Source: an uncultured archaeon
GTDB lineage: Archaea; Thermoplasmatota; Penumbrarchaeia; JASLWR01
DNA: 37,023 bases
NCBI GenBank assembly: GCA_964342815.1
Contig: CAYFHS010000041.1
Coordinates: 1-37,023, forward strand
Direction of reading: 5' to 3'
Shown here in pieces: positions 27,601 through 33,853 of this stretch. The position numbers were made by a program, and so were the translations under genes. Below the pieces are notes generated by a model. It saw nothing but the letters and a program-made list of their open reading frames with translations. It did not search any database and was not told where the DNA came from. Each line of letters begins with the position of its first letter. The stretch's first letter is position 1.

Positions 27601-28273
27601 TCCCTGGTTCTTCGGATTCATCCTCATTGTTTATTCCCTCTGTAGGAGCTTCGGTGGCCGATGCCTCAATTTTTTCTTCCGGCTCCGCTTTGATAGGTTC
27701 CCCCGTTTCCACTGCACCGACTCGCTCTGCGATAAAATCCACAACACTGCCAATGGTTGGATATTCGGATAGATTTACACCTTCTTGGGAGGGCAGATCG
27801 TATTCTTCACGTATGGCTGCAAATAGTTCAACCTGCTTTACCGTGTCGATTCCGAGATCAGCTTCCATGTCGAGATCAATTTCCAGCATGTCCGGAGGAT
27901 AGCCCGTCTTTCCGGCAACTATCTCAAGAACTCTTTTACTGATATCGTTTTTTGCAGGCCCCTCAACGCGGTTTTCGTTTTCGATTGAAACGGGCTCAGT
28001 CGCTTCCGGCCTTATCTCAACCCCTATTCTATTGGCAATAAAATCAACAACATTGCGAATAGTGGGATAATCGGACAGGTTTACGCCTTCTTCAGTATCC
28101 AATTCGTATTGTTCCCGTATGGCGGCAAATAGCTCTACTTGTTTAACCGTGTCGATCCCGAGATCAGCTTCCATGTCAAGGTCCAATTCTAGCATGTCGG
28201 GAGGATACCCTGTTTTTTCAGATACTATGTCAAGGACCTTCCGTTCGATGTCTGTTATATTATTTGTAGGCAT
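18692..28273 (-). CDS. Type I iterative PKS/FAS-like megasynthase: ACP-ACP-KS-AT-KS-ACP-ACP-ACP-ACP-KR-DH
   Basis: KS1 has DAACASS, EAHGT and GHLKSAAG. AT has GHSLG and HAFH. KS2 has SACATT, SHET and GHAFG. There are six LGIDTVKQ ACPs. KR has GGGFGI and YSSAN. DH has HSIAGTPYLP. The ATG at 28273 follows GGTG; the ORF track starts at 28300. Confidence 0.95.
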   Translation of the reverse strand: MPTNNITDIERKVLDIVSEKTGYPPDMLELDLDMEADLGIDTVKQVELFAAIREQYELDTEEGVNLSDYPTIRNVVDFIANRIGVEIRPEATEPVSIENENRVEGPAKNDISKRVLEIVAGKTGYPPDMLEIDLDMEADLGIDTVKQVELFAAIREEYDLPSQEGVNLSEYPTIGSVVDFIAERVGAVETGEPIKAEPEEKIEASATEAPTEGINNEDESEEPGRSPSTDSSVGDPLIHNEFFEDYYKSKFEPIAVIGMGCIMPDALTIDSFWNNIRSKKDSIREIFDDRWDKDIFYDPDPTVLNKTYSKIGAFVDGFQFNPLAFRIPPTTVAHVDPIQLWTLAATKQAWEDSGYHHKDIDRTRIAVIIANAQGGEYRDINNNRIHLQEFIKVAEENGLFTSVPELEKIEAIKRMEEKFSMGLPPVNEDTMPGELSNIVAARVASVFNFKGANFTTDAACASSLAAIDTAIKGLWARDYDMVITGGVDRTMNPPTYIKFCKIGALSKDGSRPFDAGANGFVMGEGAGILVMKRLSDAMEDGDRIYAVIRGIGSSSDGKGKGITAPNPPGQLQAIEMAHDKAGYGPETVTLVEAHGTSTVVGDAVELQTLADIWSKCNLGKGSVGIGSIKSQIGHLKSAAGVAGMIKMILALNKKIISPTINYRVPNNQIDLGKTPLYVATEQKPWKRPIINGREYPLRGGVSSFGFGGSNFHITLEEYTGQYPVSIPQVQLPHVRKTQSLDSIVKTSAPDVQEYIPSDFDLDEYLENKEHLEGTMLCLTSANLKELKKMVHEVKEGLEREKSLAGFRLSEFTHNINTHLGPVNNNGYRLSIASPNPEDLIAKLNLSWEHLENRDRMFVLETRGIFYNDPESINEIKSGDGDIPTVGFIFPGQGSQYLNMLRDLGEKYRIVKETFDESDIIMTGINGRPLTDIIFSDDGEDQDIVKGKIADLRKTEITQPAMITGDIALYRLLNQFGVKPAAVAGHSLGEYGALVASGVMDFESALRAAAARGREMANVQIDDKGKMASIGADEMKVQEVLDSIEGYAIVANKNSYRENVISGESQAVVDAVEKLKESGVNCIMLPVSHAFHSNIVAPAKKPLRRFLSNIPIHAPKIPTLTNVHGGLYPTGEDAPEEIRDILKEQVAGAVEWVKEMETMYNELGVKVFVEVGSKRALTISVKNIFSERPHRAILTNHPKKGGIQSFNEALAALSSCGVPIKQYDPSNDGNLFTTQFISAGRAMGARAPGAQTDIHPEMRMSKERFAPPLQMTNKVATPEIAEYIELGRKVKNLNLYLDQIVITGAGLGLPGKFKKVFDEKNTDLILDGVNLIDTIDKEYRKKFLDKNIVKLFKASNGQAHFERIEDDSHVIKLAGQMGRFDLHKEYGIEEELIKALDISSMLAIAAGLEAMRDAGIPLVKKYNRTSTGNYLPGNWELPPEMQEDTAIIFSTTFPGYDQLLKLTSEYYMDKYGPGAKRELLNLYASLISRVENDDIKKELTDRFATLYSDLSNGLDDMPVYEFNRKFMLNVLSLGHAQFAQLINARGPNIHNNSACATTTQGVGMAEDLLRMGRCRRVLLISGDAPTAKYNMEWLVTSLLANGAATTEGNLEEAALPFDKRRKGLIVGMGAAGMVLERAEDVANRGMDPIVELMGTYMANSAYHATRLDTKHVAAEMNHFFERLERRYGFARKSLVDDMVFISHETYTPARGGSSNAEKDALEGTFGEDYKKILITNTKGFTGHAFGCGIEDVIAIRLLQKGKIPPIANYKVPDPYLEGLRLSKGERKYYKYALRFSAGFGSQIAMTLTKIVNTDEFRIIDKGTYDGWLHRISQQRVAKIEVVNKTLRITDDLSRAKGSAISKIPALPPKVVAAPTPVPLVSPSPSPPQPSITPSTPQGGIEKTVIAIVGEKTGYPIDMLELDLDMEADLGIDTVKQVELFGAIREHYGLEQEEGVNLSEYSTIGSVVGYIAGRLGESYQSAPEDIVMEPGSVTSGLEQVVISIVSEKTGYPPDMLELDLDMEADLGIDTVKQVELFAAIREHYKLEQEEGVNLSNYSTIGSVVQYIAGSLGEEIPDTVTETIAGEKGAGGVSPRSDHTATTTGVLGTELSGIERVVLDIVSKKTGYPPDMLELDLDMEADLGIDTVKQVELFAAIREHYELEQEEGVNLSEYTTIGSVAAYIAGRLGMTSSDSASESMSVETTAKEVSVSQGDLSVSGPSGIEKVVIDIVAEKTGYPPDMLELDLDMEADLGIDTVKQVELFAAIREHYNLEQEEGVNLSEYTTIGSVAQYIAGRVSSDDVSFVKGTNETVMEDPAPEGAEVEEPELVGEARDLRRYLTRYVPKSLNDEVNLDLKGLNLIIVQDKKGVGKEIKKLLKKEGANVIDFLYSDKKKLKKGSYSFDLSDYEIQKVVMGKVKSDFGSVGGVIYLLGLDDEPEIDKMDFDDWKSATKKKVKSLFAISKATISDLTESVSNGSFFVTAVEMGGSFGVEGDGTYKTPIVGGITGFTKALGKEIEKVKVKCIDIGKLTSPGKASKLIVNEIRYGDGRLEVCYKAGVRKIAQMYHRAVDPSKKPNLDITGDWVFVIPGGGFGITAEIAKDLAAHFKPTLILLDIVEMPNNIEELAALDENGLKELKNKIFQEMKDSGERATPVMVEREFKKYTMPRTIYNNMKEMEQMGATVEFFTSDVTDHNRINEVLSKVRKKYGRIDGIIHAAGIEISKLITAKPPEQFAFVFDVKANGAFNLFESTKKDNVKAFVTFSSVAGRFGNIGQVDYSSANDLLNKYMDLNQKRYGKKCKSISTNWTGWRGVGMATRGSLLKIFDDAGVTLIPLEYGKKKVREELLYSGPENEVTIAGKVAFLDADKIILPDGQTPESWDLQQIIDNNKPEYTLIDRVDHHEPGKKIILEKKLDTKVDLYLTDHSIAGTPYLPGVMGVEVFAQTSRLMFPELYPVEINDIVFKMPIKLLRNRPLEVRIIGEAAKVSKKKAVINVTVESDFINPQGLKMGDPRIHFTGTVTMKNELPKSVKGKRGKIPKGEVIDFDGIYSRFFHGPTFQVLGSVADLGKKIKKNAVGWGRFREPVGDFFSFTDKYHFFSGPMFREFGFQTCGMFDMYHRDNMSLPNGIKKVEFYEVPKKSKNFTSRIVYRGETGEDPMRVTHYDVEIMDEKGNVIDRMTDYEMINTGKIPDDKKFG
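21400..22575 (-). repeat. Four tandem ACP-coding repeats inside the PKS (two more at ~27735-28250)
   Basis: Repeated KTGYPxDMLELDLDMEADLGIDTVKQVELFxAIRExY units, visible at DNA level with synonymous divergence. Confidence 0.95.
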
Positions 28274-28470
28274 TTTTACACCTTTTCGTTGGTGTGGCAA
28301 ATGGGCCGAAAAATTTTCAATTGAGTATGAAATAATCTTATATAACTCTATTATCTAATGAACCACTGTGAAATTTATATTATTCAGTGGAATTCTCGAG
28401 AAAGACGACCTGACAAATGTGATTTCAAAGAGAAAAACATATCATGGATTACAAAATGAGATATTAAAAG

Positions 28471-29358
28471 TTAGCTCTCTGACTCCTTCTTTTTTTCCTC
28501 TTTTGCTTTTCTCCGTTTCTCCTTTGCCTCTTTTCTCATCTGGATCCGCTCTAGAATCAGTTTCATGTACTGCGCATCATGTTCCAGTAAAGGTGAAGTG
28601 GAGATTATGGTCACATCCAGATCGGGATTCTCAAGTAAACATTCGGCAAGAGGTTCGAACTTGATATCACTCTTCTTAATCGGGGTGTCCATGCGCTTGT
28701 TCCCGTTCTTGTGATCAACACCTGAGAAATGAGTATAGAAGGTTTTTTCGCCAGTGGTTGCGATAACTTGGTCAAATATGCTCTGGTACGCTTCTTTCTT
28801 TCTCAATATTCCCTTCTCGCGTGCGTGAATGTGGCCGAAATTGACCACTGGTACCAGTTTAGGGACCTCTTCTACAAGGGTAAGTATCTCTTCAAGACTG
28901 CCAAATACCTTTTCCCTGCCTGAAGTGACAAAACCAAGTCGAACCTTGTAATCCTTTTTCTCTATGTACTCAATGAGGTCGCTTCCGTCGTCAATGGCCT
29001 GGTTCATAGCCTTCGAGGGAGAGTATTCGTTGTAGAGACCCAGATGGCTGATAACATAGCTCACTCCCAGGTCACTGGCAACAGCCATGGATTTGCGAAT
29101 ATTCTCAAGGCTTCTCTTTCTCGACGCAGGCGTGCCGAAGATATCCATATAATAAGGAGTATGAACTGACAGGGTAACGTTTAGCTCTCGCGCAAGTATC
29201 CCCAGCTCTAAACAGTTCTCATTTTGGAATATGGGGAATCGCAGTAACTGGGTTTCCATGGCGTCGAGGTCAAGTGCGTGAATGTCATCGATGCTATCTT
29301 TGAGGGTTCGCCCTTTGCACGTTAGAGGAATCCCTGCTATACCAAAATATACGGACAT
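28471..29358 (-). CDS. Endonuclease IV (AP endonuclease family 2)-like TIM-barrel protein, probably catalytically degenerate
   Basis: FGIAGIP N-terminus, SVHTPYY, SHLG, HIHAR and HFSG match archaeal Nfo-like proteins, but several expected acidic or His ligands are replaced. Confidence 0.8.
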   Translation of the reverse strand: MSVYFGIAGIPLTCKGRTLKDSIDDIHALDLDAMETQLLRFPIFQNENCLELGILARELNVTLSVHTPYYMDIFGTPASRKRSLENIRKSMAVASDLGVSYVISHLGLYNEYSPSKAMNQAIDDGSDLIEYIEKKDYKVRLGFVTSGREKVFGSLEEILTLVEEVPKLVPVVNFGHIHAREKGILRKKEAYQSIFDQVIATTGEKTFYTHFSGVDHKNGNKRMDTPIKKSDIKFEPLAECLLENPDLDVTIISTSPLLEHDAQYMKLILERIQMRKEAKEKRRKAKEEKKKESES

Positions 29359-29766
29359 TATTACACCTGGCTATTGCCCCTGATTTCCGGTTTTCTCTTA
29401 TATCTATTTATTTGAATTTTTGAACCTAATGGATAATGAGGTATCTTATCAATGGATGAACGTGAGTTTATTTCATAATAAAGTGTGCGTCAATATTGGG
29501 TAAAGAGTAATCTATGATTATTTCAAAAATAATATTTGACATGTTGGGAACATGGAGATAATAGTTTTAATTCCAAACCTGACGCTGGGATAACTGTGGT
29601 TGAAACGATTTGAAACGCTTATTGAGCAAAACAAACGTGTACTTGAATAGACCATTTTTATTCCGAGGGGATTATTCCCCATTCCATTTTAAGATGAATC
29701 ATATCTTCAGGTAATATTGTCATGAATTTTTGGCGACCGTGTTTGAGGGATGAATTTTAAATTTGA

Positions 29767-32700
29767 TCATTCCGGATCTCTCGATAATACCTTCGAATTC
29801 GCTGCTGGTGGGAGTTTCGCCTGTTCCAACGGTTCCAAGTGTTTCTGTACTTCTGATGGTATTGAAACATGAACTTCGGATGTTTCATTATCCGAAACTA
29901 GCAATGGTTGGGCTTCCGGATTTGTCAAAGGAAATACGTCTGCGTCGGTTTCAGGAGTTTCCCGTTCTACAGCCTTCTGTATAGTCTCCTCATAGGCTGA
30001 GGGGTACATTTGGTACTGTTCAAAGCCAACTGCTGATAGTTTCCCCTCGCTAGATTGCACACTGGGCAGGTTTTCCAATGGCCCCCTTATCATGGGTTCG
30101 CGCCTGATATAACCATGCTGGATGGAACCAGCCATGTTGCTTGTTTCAATTTTCGGAGCGATAATCTGGGCAGTGGGGATATTCGATTTTAAACCACCGG
30201 TCGGTACGTGCTCGATATCCGCAAAGTCCTCCACCATCTCGTCGCTTTTCTCCTTCTTTTTCCTTGATCTGATCAATATTATTATGATCACAAGTATCGT
30301 GAACAGAATGACCGCTATGACAGATGACCAGAGCCATTTGGAACCAGATGATTTCTCAGGCGTTTGTTCAAGCTCGTCAATTATGATCACCTCGAGTTCA
30401 GCTATAGCTTCTCCACCCAAGTAGCTCGCATGGATCGTCAAAATGTAATTTCCCGTTTTCATCTGGTCGTTTGTTATTATTTTTATAATAGTCGTGTTAA
30501 ATTTATTGGGGCCCAGGTTAAAAACGGGAGTGAATACTATCCTGTCTTTAAGATCACCCGACACACTCATATTGATGGATTCCTGCCCGTTTCCAAGGTT
30601 TTTTATCTCCAGCTTAACGGATCCGACTGCCCCCCTGATTATCCGGACGTTCTCCCTTTCCAGGGATAGTGCCACATGATGCACAAGTATGAATCCCTCT
30701 TTTACTTCAAATATACGGGTACCGCCTATACAGACCCCTTCCATATCGCCCAGTCTCGGAATGATCTTCCAGTAATATGTCGTCTTATCCTTAAGCTGAT
30801 CAATGGTGTAATTCTGAGAAGTGATATTCTCTGCAATCAGAGGAGGTGTTTTTTCACTACCAAAATAAACGTCATATCTAAGAAAAGTTGCATGATCGCC
30901 CAGAGCGGTCCATCTCAATACTGTGGCTGTATAGTTTATTATACTGTTGTTTTCAGGGGTATCCAATCTGACTGCGGGAATGAAATCCTCTGCTGTGATA
31001 TTTACGTAGAAGCTAAGGGCCGAGGACATCTTCTTCGACGTTTCCTCACCGTCGAAGGCTTCCACGCGCCAATAATAAAGACCGTTAACCAGGTCTTTGG
31101 ATTCCCAGTATGTATGATCGAGGTCGGAGACGACCTTGTTCGTTCCATTGTCATTGTCCAAATAAACGTTGTACGTAAGAAAATCGTTATCAGCATCTGT
31201 GCCGTTCCATTCCAATAAAACCCCATCTGAGAAAAAAACAGTACCGTTCATCGGTGAGCTGGCTGTGCAGGTGGGAGCGGTGTTCAGAATAGTAATTTCC
31301 GGCGATCTTTGCGAAGGACCGTATTCGTCCCCATCGCCAGGCCTTACGGTGAAATACCAAATATCGTTCTTCTCCGTCGCATTATGACCGATAACATGAT
31401 GATCATCATAATCATACATGTGAAGGTTGTTTCGGAACCATTTTATCTCGGTCTCGTTTTCCATATCTTCATCGGCGTCCGAATAATTCCAAATGGCGGT
31501 GAGATTATCTCCGGTCCTGGCTTGGGAAGGAATGATAAAGGTCTCGTAGGCCTTCGGAGGCGAATTACCAATGATTATTTCCGATGAATGGACAGTTTGC
31601 CCCAATTCATCACCATCCCCTGGAAGCAAACTGACGTTCCACTTCATATTTCGGGAGGTGGCAGAGGCGGGAATGACGAGCAAATCGTTATAGTCCTCAA
31701 CCAGTGAACCATTTTCATACCAGCGAATTGAAGTTCCCGATTCTGTGTCGTTATCAGAGTCATGGAAAGTGTAGTTGATGCTAAGATTGTCAGTGGTCTT
31801 TGGATTGTTGGGTAGGATGCGCAGATTATTGACTTGTGGGGGGGTGTTCAGTATTGTTCTATTGAATGCAGAAACCGGATCGCCAGTGGTGAGGCCGTCT
31901 CCCGGTATAACAGTGAACGACCAGTTCTCCCCCTTCGAGGTGTAGTTTGAGTGAACGATCTGTTTATCGTATAGCTCATTTACTACAAGACCGTTACAGT
32001 ACCATCGAATAAACGTTCCGTTCTCAACGTCGTCGTCCGTATCGGTGAAATTATATCGTGCAGTCAGGTTATTGGCAGTTCTCGGCTCCATAGGATCTAT
32101 TGATAGATTCATAACCTTGGGGGGATTGTTCGTCATGATAGCATAAACGTAACCCTTTCCCGCATTGTTACCCCCTCCATCATGGCCTAAAGCACCAATT
32201 ATGACATCATCGTATCCATCTTTGTTGACATCTCCGGCTGAAGCGACGCTGTATCCAAAACGGTCCTCTTTATTCTCACCTGTCCTAGTCCAAAACGCTG
32301 TTTCATTAATTGTAATTCCACCGAGATAAACATAACTCTTACCCGCATTGTTTCCCCCATCATCATTGAAGAGCGAGCCGACGATGATATCGTCGAATTC
32401 ATCGCCATTTACATTAAATGCCGACGCAACTATGGAGCCGTACTCATCCCCCTTTGCTTCCCCCATGATCTCGCAGAATGAATTTTGGCCCATTGGCGTA
32501 CCCCCTAAATATACGTAGATTTTACCGGCATTGTCAGAAGATTCGTCGCTCTTTGGAGCCCCTATTATTACATCGTCAAGGCCGTCGTTATTGACATCTC
32601 CTGCAGAGGCCACGCATTCACCGAAGCTATCATACTCCATTTCCCCGGTTCTTTCCCAGAACGGACTCTGGGATATCTCATCTCCACCAAGATGAATATA

Positions 32701-33582
32701 CGCTTTTCCCGCGCCGTCGGCTCCTTCGTCGTTGTTATCCGCCCCAATTATTATATCATCGTAATCGTCTCCATTAACATTACCAGCGGAAGCTACGGAT
32801 CCACCGTAATTATTGTGATCCTCTTCGCCATTCTTTTGCCAGTACGGTGTATCGGACATCTCGATACCGCCAAGATAAACGTATGCCTTTCCCCTGCTGT
32901 TCCCGTTCCCGTCTTGTTCTTTGGCCCCGACGATGACATCATCAAATCCGTCATTGTTCACATCGCCAGCCGATGCCACACTGCACCCGTATTCGTCTCC
33001 CTCCTCCTCACCTATGCAGGTCCAGAATGCGCTTCCACCCATGGGATCACCACCAAGGAAGATATAGGCCTTCCCCTTGTAGGTATTCCCATCCCTGAAG
33101 GTTGGCGCCCCAATAATGACGTCATTGAATCCGTCGCCATTTACGTCGCCGGCTGATGCGACGCTGGTGCCGAATTTATGATTCCATGCCTCTCCTCTCT
33201 TTTGCCAGAAAGGATTATTTGATGTACTTTGACCTCCCCGGTATATATAAACCTTGCCAGCATCCATGCCACTGTCGTCGTTATACTTGACTCCCACGAT
33301 AAAATCATCATAGCTGTCATTGTCAATATCCCCTGCAGAAGCTACAGACATGCCGAACCGGTCCTCTGCGTTCTCTCCCAAATCATCCCAGAGCTTGATA
33401 TTTGCATAAGTACCCCGGGTCTCAGGCAGCTTCTCATGAGAGTTTTCCCGGTCTCTGTTATTTGACAGATAGACATTATTTTCCGGAGAAATTACGCTAA
33501 ATACCCTAAAACCTGAACAAATGATGAATAGCATCAGACAAATGATAATTATCTTTAAGGGATTCGTTTCCTGTTTGGGCAT
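29767..33582 (-). CDS. Membrane-anchored surface protein with seven FG-GAP repeats and Ig/FnIII-like domains
   Basis: Signal-like N-terminus; seven (F/Y)GxxVASAxx(V/I)xxDxxxD repeats; three NxPP...DxDxDxE...I(R/K)W repeats; C-terminal transmembrane helix followed by RSRKKKEK. Confidence 0.9.
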   Translation of the reverse strand: MPKQETNPLKIIIICLMLFIICSGFRVFSVISPENNVYLSNNRDRENSHEKLPETRGTYANIKLWDDLGENAEDRFGMSVASAGDIDNDSYDDFIVGVKYNDDSGMDAGKVYIYRGGQSTSNNPFWQKRGEAWNHKFGTSVASAGDVNGDGFNDVIIGAPTFRDGNTYKGKAYIFLGGDPMGGSAFWTCIGEEEGDEYGCSVASAGDVNNDGFDDVIVGAKEQDGNGNSRGKAYVYLGGIEMSDTPYWQKNGEEDHNNYGGSVASAGNVNGDDYDDIIIGADNNDEGADGAGKAYIHLGGDEISQSPFWERTGEMEYDSFGECVASAGDVNNDGLDDVIIGAPKSDESSDNAGKIYVYLGGTPMGQNSFCEIMGEAKGDEYGSIVASAFNVNGDEFDDIIVGSLFNDDGGNNAGKSYVYLGGITINETAFWTRTGENKEDRFGYSVASAGDVNKDGYDDVIIGALGHDGGGNNAGKGYVYAIMTNNPPKVMNLSIDPMEPRTANNLTARYNFTDTDDDVENGTFIRWYCNGLVVNELYDKQIVHSNYTSKGENWSFTVIPGDGLTTGDPVSAFNRTILNTPPQVNNLRILPNNPKTTDNLSINYTFHDSDNDTESGTSIRWYENGSLVEDYNDLLVIPASATSRNMKWNVSLLPGDGDELGQTVHSSEIIIGNSPPKAYETFIIPSQARTGDNLTAIWNYSDADEDMENETEIKWFRNNLHMYDYDDHHVIGHNATEKNDIWYFTVRPGDGDEYGPSQRSPEITILNTAPTCTASSPMNGTVFFSDGVLLEWNGTDADNDFLTYNVYLDNDNGTNKVVSDLDHTYWESKDLVNGLYYWRVEAFDGEETSKKMSSALSFYVNITAEDFIPAVRLDTPENNSIINYTATVLRWTALGDHATFLRYDVYFGSEKTPPLIAENITSQNYTIDQLKDKTTYYWKIIPRLGDMEGVCIGGTRIFEVKEGFILVHHVALSLERENVRIIRGAVGSVKLEIKNLGNGQESINMSVSGDLKDRIVFTPVFNLGPNKFNTTIIKIITNDQMKTGNYILTIHASYLGGEAIAELEVIIIDELEQTPEKSSGSKWLWSSVIAVILFTILVIIIILIRSRKKKEKSDEMVEDFADIEHVPTGGLKSNIPTAQIIAPKIETSNMAGSIQHGYIRREPMIRGPLENLPSVQSSEGKLSAVGFEQYQMYPSAYEETIQKAVERETPETDADVFPLTNPEAQPLLVSDNETSEVHVSIPSEVQKHLEPLEQAKLPPAANSKVLSRDPE

Positions 33583-33853
33583 ATCCTGGCTCCAATAAAC
33601 TTCTCCGAATGAATAATAATAATAGTATTTCCGATATATATGGTATCCTTTTGCTTATGATTATTGGAATAATAAATAATTCTCATGGGTTCGCGATTCA
33701 TGAAATTTTTTTGGTAACCTAATTTATCTCATATCAGTATCGAAAAAATGTAGCGAGGTTCGATTAAAAAAAGTTGGCCAGTAAAATTGTACCGGACACC
33801 TGACGAAATTGGCTAAATCCACATAAATAAATCAAAATTTACTATCTCTGACT

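Noticed and set aside
18692-28273. Naming the PKS pfaA (PUFA synthase)
   Set aside because: The domain order differs (N-terminal ACPs, second KS), the ACP motif is DT, and pfaB/C/D/E are absent here.
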